Positions 17,428 to 26,073 of a DNA stretch of 26,074 bases are shown one piece after another. The stretch is from the IMG/VR virus record IMGVR_UViG_3300009095_000063, positions 1 through 26,074 of that record; one strand, written 5' to 3'. Position 1 is the stretch's first letter. Every line of letters begins with the position of its first letter. The notes beneath the pieces are model-generated. The model had not been told where the DNA came from, did no database searches, and saw only the letters and a list, made by a program, of their open reading frames with translations. A program made the translations under genes and the position numbers. The DNA comes from a virus. Lineage: Duplodnaviria; Caudoviricetes.

Positions 17428-17768
17428 TAATCTTCTTCCTCATAAATGTAAAATAGTCTATAGTATTGGGCAAGAGCTTCTGGAGAAGTGTCTAGCTTAT
17501 CCGTAGTGAAATCTCCGCTGTCTACCAGAACAAAGTACCCATTGATGCCAAACCCCTGAAGCTGATAGTCAGCTAGGATAGGGTAGTAAGGGACGATTTT
17601 AATGCCTAGAACAATAGGAGTTAGATCATCCTGCTTAACATCTAGATACCAAGAGGATGTTCTATCTTGCCAACGGAATGTAATCACTCTTGCTTCATCT
17701 TCTAAAGCAATACGATATTCGTAGAAGGGGTCTGAGTAGAGGGGAAGCTCTGTAAATTTCTGAGCCAC
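17427..17768 (-). CDS. Small baseplate/virion structural protein
   Basis: GTG start; 113 aa; conserved myovirus position before the hub gene. Confidence 0.7.
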   Translation of the reverse strand: MAQKFTELPLYSDPFYEYRIALEDEARVITFRWQDRTSSWYLDVKQDDLTPIVLGIKIVPYYPILADYQLQGFGINGYFVLVDSGDFTTDKLDTSPEALAQYYRLFYIYEEED

Positions 17769-17769
17769 G

Positions 17770-18603
17770 TTAACCCCCTGTAGCTTGTTTAGTTAAATCT
17801 TTTAAGATAGACGAGTCATTCTTCAAGCTAGAGGTTTCAGTCTTAGCAGGAGCAGCAATACCCGGAGGAATGTCATACTCTTTAGCAGGCTGATTCCCTT
17901 TCTGTGCTTTCTCTGAGCCACTGTTCTTAACGTCTGAAGAAATTCGGTTAGTTGGGAATGTTGTTTTCATTAGCTCAACAAACCTAACTTGTTCAAAAGA
18001 CATTTGAGGGTAGATTGCATCACCACTCTCAGGGTCTTGTGCAAAACTGAGAGATGTACATACGCAGTTGTCAAATAGATTCTTTACAGTGAAGTCTGTA
18101 TCAAACTCCATAAGAGACACTACTTGTTTTCTCTTAGTGGTTTTTCTGTCAGCAGTAACTTCTGTGAATCCGTTAATAATGCTTTTAAGGGTTTCATAAA
18201 CGCTTGTTGAATTCTTCTCAAAAGCTACAGCCCCCATTACAACTTCTGGAGGTGAGTCATTACCAATAAACTGACTAATAGAACTTGGAAGGAGTTTTAC
18301 AAGAGGATTTTGCTGAGAAGAACCTATAAGAACTTGTGTTGGTTGAAACTCAAGGTTTTTAATGTTCTCCTGATTAGGAATAACATCCTGAGATATCTTC
18401 TGTAAATCAAAGGTCTTACAGAAGTCTACTTCAGTGACAACCCCCGAAATAGAGAACTTAGCGTTGTCTTGTATAATATGATCGGAAATACTACTTCCAC
18501 TTTCAATCTGGTGTTTAGTTACGGAAGAGCTGTAGCTCTCCGAGAAGGAAAGTACAGCATCCATCCAAACAACATCACCAGACTCTAGCTTTAATGCTAT
18601 CAT
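17770..18603 (-). CDS. Baseplate organisation/tube-initiator (Dit-like) protein
   Basis: DAVLSFSE...VTKHQIESGSSISDH motif; immediately after the tape measure gene. Confidence 0.72.
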   Translation of the reverse strand: MIALKLESGDVVWMDAVLSFSESYSSSVTKHQIESGSSISDHIIQDNAKFSISGVVTEVDFCKTFDLQKISQDVIPNQENIKNLEFQPTQVLIGSSQQNPLVKLLPSSISQFIGNDSPPEVVMGAVAFEKNSTSVYETLKSIINGFTEVTADRKTTKRKQVVSLMEFDTDFTVKNLFDNCVCTSLSFAQDPESGDAIYPQMSFEQVRFVELMKTTFPTNRISSDVKNSGSEKAQKGNQPAKEYDIPPGIAAPAKTETSSLKNDSSILKDLTKQATGG

Positions 18604-18606
18604 CTG

Positions 18607-19746
18607 TTACTCCGTAACTGGTAGATTCTTTACTGACATAGAGGCTAGTTCTTGAATCTTCTTCATAACAACTTCCCCTACAACTTGAGGATCACCAGAG
18701 CCATCTACATGGATTTCAACTTTATCAATAGTTGTAGTGTTCCCCATTGGCATATTAACGCCAGGAAGAGGGTATTTATTTGTCATCTCAGTAAGCATTC
18801 CGTTGCCTGGGCCTCTTTGGAGGTTTCTGATTCTCAGTCCAATTTCTTCCCTTTCAGCTACAATTCTTGGGTCTTCGCTGGCGTGGTATGCAGAAGTAAC
18901 TTGATCGTAAGCAATAAGACCACCTACAATAGCTGCTGTTTTAGGGTTCTTCTTAATCACAGAAACTGTAGTTCCTACAATGGAAGATAGAAGACCTTTA
19001 CCGCCCATACCTTTGGCACCGGGAATACCTCCCATAGCACCACCAATGCCGGCAATAGCTGTTGCAATAGCACCAAGGGCTAGAGCAAATCCACCAACTG
19101 CTGCTGTAGCTTTAACCCAAGAGTTTTCATCTAGGAATTCAAGTAGGTCTTTAGTGTAAGAATCTCCACCTCTCATGCCAACAGATATATCTTCTAGTAC
19201 AAGAAAGAGAACACCTGCTGCTGCTGCAATACGTCCAAATCTAGTTGCAAGTAATAGAGCAGTTGCTGACAGTGCAGCTAAATCAGCTTCAGAAGTTCCA
19301 AGATACTTAGACAACATTGAAAATCCATCTAGTAGATTATCAATCCCTTGGAAAGCTCTTTGAAAAATATCTCCAAGCTTGTTCCAAGCTTCACCCAGAC
19401 CAATAGCAACGTCATGGTTTTCTTTCATAAACTCAGCAATGGAGTTGAAGATTTTTGCAAACCCTTGTTCACCACCATTCTTAGAGAATATCCCTACAAA
19501 CTTTTCAAACTGGAAGTTCATCCTTCCTTGAGCAACAATAGATGTGCCAAGGGCTTTTGAATAAGCTCCACTTGTATCAGACATCTTTTCCATGTAAGCT
19601 GCCATCTTTGGTAGCAGTTCATTAGGGTTAAGTTGTCCAGCTTCCATCATTTTGTTAAGAGCTTTGGTGTCGCCACCAGTCATAACTTCAGCGGCAATTC
19701 TAACTGCTGCTGGTAATCTTTCAGCAAGCTGTCCGCGTAATTCTTC
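18607..19746 (-). CDS. Tape measure protein, exon 2
   Basis: The frame extends 21 codons upstream of the ORF-track Met (EELRGQLAERLPAAVRIAAEV); Ala/Gly-rich hydrophobic helices follow. Confidence 0.9.
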   Translation of the reverse strand, partial: EELRGQLAERLPAAVRIAAEVMTGGDTKALNKMMEAGQLNPNELLPKMAAYMEKMSDTSGAYSKALGTSIVAQGRMNFQFEKFVGIFSKNGGEQGFAKIFNSIAEFMKENHDVAIGLGEAWNKLGDIFQRAFQGIDNLLDGFSMLSKYLGTSEADLAALSATALLLATRFGRIAAAAGVLFLVLEDISVGMRGGDSYTKDLLEFLDENSWVKATAAVGGFALALGAIATAIAGIGGAMGGIPGAKGMGGKGLLSSIVGTTVSVIKKNPKTAAIVGGLIAYDQVTSAYHASEDPRIVAEREEIGLRIRNLQRGPGNGMLTEMTNKYPLPGVNMPMGNTTTIDKVEIHVDGSGDPQVVGEVVMKKIQELASMSVKNLPVTE

Positions 19747-19886
19747 CCTTTGTATTCAGGAAGGGTCGTTAATCCTTCCCTGCACCACTACGTGCGACTT
19801 CAAGTCTCCCTGAAGAGTAGACTATATCTTCACCCTGTTTATAAGGGTGACTCCCGTTTCCACCCACTTGGGTGTACGCCTTTCGG

Positions 19887-20438
19887 CTAGTCGTTGGAGT
19901 TCACTCTAAACTTTAGTTTTTCAATCTTATATTGACAAGATATATGCTTCCAAGCAATACCACAGCGTATCTTACTTGCTTGTTGTATACTTATACCAAA
20001 AACTTCAACAGCTTTCTTTGGAGTATTGAGTGAGCATTCTTCGTACCACTTACAAAGTTTATGAACAAAGTCTTCACTCAACACAGCCCTACCGTTTAAA
20101 GAACCTTTTGGTTTAGGGTTTAATCCAGTATCAAAAGCGTGTCTTATATTTTCTTGTCTAGTACACCATTCTAAGTTGGACAAGGAAGAATTATGCTTTA
20201 CCCCGTCCTTGTGATTGACCTCGGGTTTATTCTCAGGGTTGGGGAGGAAAGCCTCTGCCACAAGTCTATGGACTTTAAAGCTAAACCTTTTGCCGGAGAT
20301 TTTATACTGCCCGCATAAATAGCCAATCTTATCTTTCTTAATGTACCAAGGTCTACCTGTTTTAGAGCACCGTACATTCCCAAGGTTGGAAACCTCAAGT
20401 CTTGGTATGCTCCTAACAATTTCCCAGATTTCTAACAT
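19887..20438 (-). CDS. Intron-encoded HNH homing endonuclease (NUMOD4 + HNH + HTH-like tail, I-HmuI-like)
   Basis: EVSNLGNVR and VHRLVAEAFLPNPENKPEVNHKDG.K.N....NLEWCTRQEN motifs; GAGGAGG RBS; lies between intron elements Q and R. Confidence 0.93.
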   Translation of the reverse strand: MLEIWEIVRSIPRLEVSNLGNVRCSKTGRPWYIKKDKIGYLCGQYKISGKRFSFKVHRLVAEAFLPNPENKPEVNHKDGVKHNSSLSNLEWCTRQENIRHAFDTGLNPKPKGSLNGRAVLSEDFVHKLCKWYEECSLNTPKKAVEVFGISIQQASKIRCGIAWKHISCQYKIEKLKFRVNSND

Positions 20439-20439
20439 T

Positions 20440-20496
20440 CTTTACCTCCTCTGCTATGAAAAGATAAAGTCTAGAGTTTTACCTGCTGATTGTCAA
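20440..20496 (-). promoter_or_regulatory. Internal sigma70-like promoter and RBS-sequestering hairpin of the HNH gene
   Basis: TTGACA (20496-20491), 17-nt spacer, TAGACT (20473-20468). A 12-bp stem CUUUAUCUUUUC/GAGGAGGUAAAG spans 20469-20440. Confidence 0.72.
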
Positions 20497-20623
20497 CTTT
20501 ATTTTGTAGATTGTCAGGGGTCGTTACCTGTCACCAGATAATATCCTACTACAAACCTGTTGAGTTTCCAGCAATTAGAGAGTTGTTTCAATACACATTA
20601 CTGTGTAAAGCGCCTATAAATTA

Positions 20624-21784
20624 AGCGTATACCTGTTGTTTACTTACCATTTGCGACACCGCGCGAAAAGAACCTTTCATGGCCTCTTCATCAAGGCCCA
20701 TCACAGTGCCGTATTTCATAAATGATTTGAAGATTGTCTGCTCTTGACCACCAAGGGCTGTACCTTGAATAGAGGCTGCAAGCTTAACAAACTCAGGCCC
20801 AAGACCTCTTACCGTTTTACCCATCTCTGCGCCTACAGAGTTGAGGAAAGCCATGTTCTCTGCTGCTGCTTGTTCTGACCCAGATACAGCCAGCAAAGCG
20901 TTCTCTACAGATTTAAGCTCTTGTCCAATCTTATTGAAGTTAACAGCAGCGTATGCAGCACCGAAACCCGGAAGTAATCCAGACATACTGCTGGAAGCAG
21001 CTCCAACAGCACCACCCACTGTAGCACCACCAAACATACCTCTACCACCCGGTCTTCCAGCTCCCCCACCTCCCATTCTAGAAGCAATGGCTTGAGCCTT
21101 CAATTCAGCAGCAGTGATAATAGCAGCAGCTCTCTTAGCCCCAGCTTCTCTGATAGCAGATGTACGTTGAGCCATGATAGCTTCACGTCTAGCTACGTTC
21201 TCTTGGATTCTAGCTAAGTTTTGTGCAGCTCTTGACCTACGCATATCTTCACGCATTGCAGCAGCATGAGACTTGTCCATACCCTCGTAGGGAGATTGTT
21301 TAGCTCCGAACAAGCTGTCATACATTGACTGCTGAGCATTTCTGGCTTTGTTCGTCATATTAGACGACCCACCAGTTAGTCTACCTACACTCTCTCTGAA
21401 GTTTGTTTGCCAAGCCTTAGCATTCTTTCCCACTGCTCCGGGGCCAGACCACTTCCTAGTTTGCCTTGTAGCTCCTTCCCCAAACAACTTGTCATACATT
21501 GCTTGCTGGGAAGCTCTACTAACTTTATTGTTTGCTTGTTGTATCTTTCTAGTAACAGCAGCTCTCTTATTGAGAACCTTGTTACCATCAGAGATAGCTT
21601 TGTTTAAATTCTTATTCTGTGTAACTAAGCTAGAAGCTTGTTTAGCAGACTTCTTAGCACCAGCCTCCATATTATGAAGACCACGCTCAATATTATCTAA
21701 AGACTTGCCCAGACGATCAATAGACTTCTGGTCTACCTTAATACCAATCTGAGCAAAATAATCAGCAATCTTTTGTCTTGCCAT
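20624..21784 (-). CDS. Tape measure protein, exon 1
   Basis: Follows the tail chaperone. Ala-rich helical protein ending ...AVSQMVSKQQVYA, which joins EELRGQLAERLP to restore a tape-measure domain motif. Spliced product is 766 aa. Confidence 0.92.
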
Positions 21785-21802
21785 TATTCCACCATTCGGT
21801 TA

Positions 21803-22063
21803 CTATTGTTTTTGTTTAGGAGCTGGTGTTGGAGCTGTCAATGTATGGTGAGCATCCATAACTTCAAGGATGTCATACATATCCTCTACATCGTATATTG
21901 TTTGAAGATCATTCAATGTAGCAAGTTTCAGCTCACTCGTAATAATAGCGAAGATATCAAAGTCTTGTGAAAACTCTTTAGAAACTCTTCTAACTTCATT
22001 ACTAACGATCTTGTCCGATTCAGAGATTAGTTGCTTTCTTCTGAACCGAACAGTGTAAAAACC
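21803..22063 (-). CDS. Tail assembly chaperone, -1 frameshift extension (GT-like), absent from the ORF track
   Basis: Open -1 frame from slippery GGTTTTT (22063-22057) encodes YTVRFRRKQL...LATLNDLQTIYDVEDMYDILEVMD...KQKQ, with no ATG until late in the frame. Confidence 0.78.
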   Translation of the reverse strand, partial: GFYTVRFRRKQLISESDKIVSNEVRRVSKEFSQDFDIFAIITSELKLATLNDLQTIYDVEDMYDILEVMDAHHTLTAPTPAPKQKQ

Positions 22064-22419
22064 GAGCCGTAGTTAAACTCCACAATCTCTTTCACCAGGG
22101 TGAATAGCTTGCCATACTCACCAGAGAACTCCATGTCGAAGTTAATGGCCATACTACCCTTGGTAGCACTTGCAGAGACAAGCTCTTTAATAAGGCTTTC
22201 TACGTCTACAGTGTCAAGGTTATCAAACAACTTCTCCATAGCCAATCCCATAGGATTTGCATCAGCTTTCTCATCAGATTCACCACCCTTCAAGAGTTCT
22301 GTGAAAGATGGGCCAATAAGCTTAGTCAGTTGCTTTAGGAGTTTAATCCCTTTAGTGGCAGGGATAGTGGACAACAGGAATTCTTCGCCGTTGATAGTAG
22401 TTGTCTTTTGCTTAATCAT
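22027..22419 (-). CDS. Tail assembly chaperone (G-like)
   Basis: Lies between tube genes and tape measure; acidic 130 aa; AAGGAGG RBS. Confidence 0.82.
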   Translation of the reverse strand: MIKQKTTTINGEEFLLSTIPATKGIKLLKQLTKLIGPSFTELLKGGESDEKADANPMGLAMEKLFDNLDTVDVESLIKELVSASATKGSMAINFDMEFSGEYGKLFTLVKEIVEFNYGSVFTLFGSEESN

Positions 22420-22444
22420 AAAATAAGTTCCTCCTTAGGAATAA

Positions 22445-22984
22445 TTAAAAGCCAATAGCAGAAGATACTGTCTTCACTGCCGATTGACCCGCTTGTGCAA
22501 TTTTGTCTACTCCAGCTCCAAGGAACCCAGCAATATCTTCTAAGAATTGAGGTCTTTGTCTAGAGTTACCACCCACCCAGATTACGTTGGTATTCAACAT
22601 TTGAATAGTCCAAGTACGAGTAGATAGTTCGGTTGAGTAGTTTAATTCTGAGTAGCTAGAAACAAAAGCGTTCTCTGTTTGCACTTTACTTGTCCCTGCT
22701 GTATCCTCTAGAGAGATACTTAGTCTTCCACGTCCTGTAGTAATATCTTGAGAGATAATGTCTGACAGAACATCGTTAGCAACGGAAGTTTGTAAAAGTT
22801 CTACACTGAGAGTGCAGGATGTATCTTGTGTTCTAACTCTTGAATGCTGTCCTTTGATCCCCTTAATGATCTTATATCTTTCTGGAAAAGACATAGAGAC
22901 ACTAACGATACCACCAACTTGGTAATCACCAGCGATAAAGAGTTTTAGGTCAGCTGGTTTATAAGTTTTAACTTGGGCTGCCAT
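22445..22984 (-). CDS. Tail tube-like structural protein, third paralog
   Basis: TYKPADL...LLQTSVANDVLS...RTWTI resembles the two upstream tube-like genes. Confidence 0.75.
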   Translation of the reverse strand: MAAQVKTYKPADLKLFIAGDYQVGGIVSVSMSFPERYKIIKGIKGQHSRVRTQDTSCTLSVELLQTSVANDVLSDIISQDITTGRGRLSISLEDTAGTSKVQTENAFVSSYSELNYSTELSTRTWTIQMLNTNVIWVGGNSRQRPQFLEDIAGFLGAGVDKIAQAGQSAVKTVSSAIGF

Positions 22985-23490
22985 TAGATAACTCCTAGAT
23001 CACTGAGAATAGGAAGAGCACTTGCACCAAGACCAATAATGTCTAGTACAGTGTTGCCTTCCTGATTACCACCAATACTCAAGGCTGCTTCGGATGTACC
23101 CAAGACCCATGTACGGGTTGTCAAGGATGCACCAAAAGACGTGTCAGGAATATCTTCAATCCATGCTGTACCAGCAAAGAATGTAGTGGAACCTTTCTGA
23201 TCTTTAATAAAAAGGGGAAACTTACCCATCTGCGTTGCAACATCTACGTTGTAGATTGCCGAGAGGATATTGTTTGCAGAAGACGATTGAGCTAAGGTCA
23301 GCTCGACTGTGTAACCTTCGTCTTTGCGATAAATGCGGGCTTGTTCACCATCCATGCTCTTCATGGCATCAAATGGCTTTACATCTTTTCTAATACTGAT
23401 GAATGTGTCTGATGCATATCCATCTAGCTTATAGAATCCACCTAAGAGGACTGTAACATCTTTAGGTGAATATAGAGCAATACTTGCCAT
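22984..23490 (-). CDS. Tail tube-like structural protein, second paralog
   Basis: YSPKDV...LAQSSSANNILS...IKDQKG...RTWVL. Confidence 0.75.
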   Translation of the reverse strand: MASIALYSPKDVTVLLGGFYKLDGYASDTFISIRKDVKPFDAMKSMDGEQARIYRKDEGYTVELTLAQSSSANNILSAIYNVDVATQMGKFPLFIKDQKGSTTFFAGTAWIEDIPDTSFGASLTTRTWVLGTSEAALSIGGNQEGNTVLDIIGLGASALPILSDLGVI

Positions 23491-23501
23491 ATTCGCCTCT
23501 T

Positions 23502-23525
23502 AGAAATGGGGCTGTTTCCAGCCCC
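23502..23525 (-). terminator. Hairpin after the major tube gene, probably a partial terminator
   Basis: GGGGCTG-GAAA-CAGCCCC followed by ATTTCT on the - strand. Confidence 0.65.
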
Positions 23526-23537
23526 TATTCATTTACA

Positions 23538-24062
23538 TTACGGCTGCCATTGAGGCAGTACAGTTCCACCCAGAGCAGCAACAGAGTTGGCATCGTCAGC
23601 ACTGAAGCGAGCGTTACCAGCAATGGTGGTGTTGAGCGAAGCAGCGTGGATCACCCACTCACGAAGTTCCATAGAGTTGCTGAAAGCACTGTTAGGTACA
23701 ATAGCAATGTAGGCTTCGTCAGAGAAGTAGACAGAACGTCCAGTAAGGTCTTTGATTTGCAGAGAGAACAAGCCATCTGAGTTCAGACGTGCTCTATCAT
23801 ACTCATACAGCAAACTGAAGATGTCGTTGCTGTTGGAAGTTTGTTGCAGAGGAACAGTGATTGTAGCAGAGCTGTCACTGTTGTAGATACGAGTTTTAGT
23901 ATCATCTGCACCACGGTACATTGTGAATGTCTCAGAGTTTCTTTCGATAGAAACAATGCTATCTTCACTGAAACCTGTTACAGTATGTACAATCCCTGTA
24001 GCATCATGTGTGAGAATCACACTAACACTATTAGGGCTGTAAGTTTGAAGTCTTTGTGTCAT
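23538..24062 (-). CDS. Major tail tube protein (DUF3277-like)
   Basis: Directly after the sheath gene; TYSPNSV...LQQTSNSNDIFS...IKDLTG...REWVI. Confidence 0.82.
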   Translation of the reverse strand: MTQRLQTYSPNSVSVILTHDATGIVHTVTGFSEDSIVSIERNSETFTMYRGADDTKTRIYNSDSSATITVPLQQTSNSNDIFSLLYEYDRARLNSDGLFSLQIKDLTGRSVYFSDEAYIAIVPNSAFSNSMELREWVIHAASLNTTIAGNARFSADDANSVAALGGTVLPQWQP

Positions 24063-24073
24063 TTCCTATCTCC

Positions 24074-25372
24074 TTAAACGAACACTTTGCCTTGGATTTT
24101 GACGTAGTGAATAGCGCCTGCTAGGCGGGCTTCAAAACTCAAGTCTTCCAAAGTACGGGTTGCACGGAGGTTAGGATCAACAGCCAAAACATCAGGTACA
24201 CTGATCACAGGAGCAGGACTATCAGCAAGGAAGTTGTTACGAATACCTTCTTGAATCTGTGCTCTCACTTCTGCTTCAATAATCGAAACACCAGCTTGAG
24301 TGTAAGCAATTTTGCTTGTGTTAACCAAGCGGAACCAGATACGTTCACGCATACGAGCGGTTAGCCAAAGCACTCCCACCATCACGTCGGTGAATTCACC
24401 CCCAACCATCTTACCATTGGTAGTAGCGTTTACACCGCCAATGTTCTCATAAGTGTTTACGTTCTTAGCCAGCAGGTTTACAGTTTCAGTACCAGTGAGT
24501 TTATCTACCGAAGTACCAGTGAGGGTTTTATAAGCCCAAGTGTTACTGCCCGGAAGAGGTTGAATCTGATAAGCAGTCCAAGCACACTCTGGATAGTTAA
24601 CATCGGCATCAGCTTTCCACATAATAGCTGTCTTGTTATAACCAAGGGATTTCAGTTGCGAGGCAACGTCAGTGGTTACAGCAGTTTTGACAGCAGCAGA
24701 GCTAGTCGAAGTGATGTACACTTTCTCACGAGCTTCAATGGCTTCAGCCAGCTCAAGGATAACAGCGTCAGAATGATCTTCAGCGTTCAGTGCAATCCAT
24801 TGGTTGTTAGAGAACTCAACAGCGGTGAGGGCGTCAGACCAACTTTCAGTGGATGCTTTCTTAACAATACTCAGGTTACTAGAAGTAGTAATACTCCACT
24901 CAGCACCCGGCACTGCAACATCAACTTCAAAAGTACCGTCAAGGTTGTCTGTGAAGTTTACACCAGTGATTTGCAGTTCAGCAGCTACAGCCAGATCAAG
25001 AGCAGTGATAATTTCAATGGCAGTTGCGTCTGCGTCAGAGGTGATTGCAACCTTGACACCATTAATGGTTACGCTATACTCAGTGCTATTAGAAACAGTA
25101 GCAACAGTGCCGTCTACACCATCAATCTGCTTACGACCAATGATTACGGATGCTGGAACAAGTTCTTGACCAAAGTAACGAAGACCAGCTTCATATACCG
25201 AGGAACCAGAACGGAAATCTTCAGCGAGAGCACTGAAGGATGTATATGTACGTGTACGTTCAGCGAACGCTGTATGTTCAGCCAAGAAAAGAGGGATGTT
25301 AAAAGCAGCTCTACTTACTGCTTGTGTCTCCCTAGAAATCTGCACCTGAACAATGTCTGTGAGGACAGTCAT
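24074..25372 (-). CDS. Tail sheath protein (DUF3383-like)
   Basis: Start probably MTVLTDIV at 25372 after AGGAG. PGSNTWAYKTL, GEFTDVMVGVLWL, KIAYTQAG and LAGAIHYVKIQG motifs. Confidence 0.9.
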   Translation of the reverse strand: MTVLTDIVQVQISRETQAVSRAAFNIPLFLAEHTAFAERTRTYTSFSALAEDFRSGSSVYEAGLRYFGQELVPASVIIGRKQIDGVDGTVATVSNSTEYSVTINGVKVAITSDADATAIEIITALDLAVAAELQITGVNFTDNLDGTFEVDVAVPGAEWSITTSSNLSIVKKASTESWSDALTAVEFSNNQWIALNAEDHSDAVILELAEAIEAREKVYITSTSSAAVKTAVTTDVASQLKSLGYNKTAIMWKADADVNYPECAWTAYQIQPLPGSNTWAYKTLTGTSVDKLTGTETVNLLAKNVNTYENIGGVNATTNGKMVGGEFTDVMVGVLWLTARMRERIWFRLVNTSKIAYTQAGVSIIEAEVRAQIQEGIRNNFLADSPAPVISVPDVLAVDPNLRATRTLEDLSFEARLAGAIHYVKIQGKVFV

Positions 25373-25390
25373 TTTTACTCCTTGCAAGTA

Positions 25391-25933
25391 TTATTTAATA
25401 ATTTGTGTAATTATAACTGGAGGTGAATTATCTAGTTTCTTGTAAGTACCAGTTAACTCCACTGTCTCAATTATATCTACAGATTGTCGGGCCTCGACTT
25501 GATACGCAAAGAAGACATCAATCTGAAAGCACATATACCAATCAGTTTCACGCTTCTTTGGAACTCTTCTCACACTACCTTTACGCATAAAAGAAAGAGC
25601 ATTCTTTAGAAATGCTTCTTGTACTGGGGTAGAGTCGATTTGAAAATAAAACTCGTTAGCCATATCTGCTGCAACGAAGTCGTCATCTTGTTTGCCAACA
25701 AACTCAAATAAAACTCTCGTTTCAAACTGACTTACTATTTGTTGTTCACCAATTGAATTTGTCAGTGTGGAGATATATTCTCTCCCAATCTGATCAACTT
25801 GGATAACATCAAATACAATATATTCTGTAGGAACTTCAGGCCCGTTTGTATAGGCTTGTACGATTTGTGTAGTAGGGAATACTAAAGCAAGGCTGTCATA
25901 CAACTTGTCTCTTAAATCTGTGTAGATGCTCAT
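25391..25933 (-). CDS. Tail completion/terminator protein
   Basis: Position immediately upstream of the sheath gene; 180 aa. Confidence 0.7.
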   Translation of the reverse strand: MSIYTDLRDKLYDSLALVFPTTQIVQAYTNGPEVPTEYIVFDVIQVDQIGREYISTLTNSIGEQQIVSQFETRVLFEFVGKQDDDFVAADMANEFYFQIDSTPVQEAFLKNALSFMRKGSVRRVPKKRETDWYMCFQIDVFFAYQVEARQSVDIIETVELTGTYKKLDNSPPVIITQIIK

Positions 25934-26073
25934 GTAAGCTCTCTCATAACACAGATACTCTTATAGTGATCCAAAATCCCCATCTTTTAAGAGATAACCT
26001 TCATTACTCCCCATGTATTACCATAGATAACAAACGTATCTACTTGCGTGGCCCTAGCACCCTCTGAGAGCTG
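25930..26073 (-). CDS. 3' end of a head-closure/neck-type gene (partial) with an in-frame TAA at 25987-25989
   Basis: Reads QLSEGARATQVDTFVIYGNTWGVMKVIS*KMGILDHYKSICVMRELT*. The second stop forms an ATGA overlap with the next gene. Confidence 0.55.

Larger units (their letters stand above)
19747..20623 (-). mobile_element. Group I self-splicing intron (IA2-like), 877 nt, within the tape measure gene
   Basis: Core elements on the - strand: P AATTGCTGGAAA (20576-20565), Q AATCAGCAGG (20491-20482), R CAACGACTAG (19896-19887), S AAGATATAGTCT (19830-19819). P1 pairs CGCU with GGCG, giving a U.G pair at the 5' splice site. Terminal G at 19747. P7.1/P7.2 hairpins present. Confidence 0.95.

Noticed and set aside
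24560-25426. 288-aa + strand ORF antisense to the sheath gene
   Set aside because: Ser/Asn/Phe-rich shadow frame with no motif; expected from codon bias of a highly expressed gene on the opposite strand.
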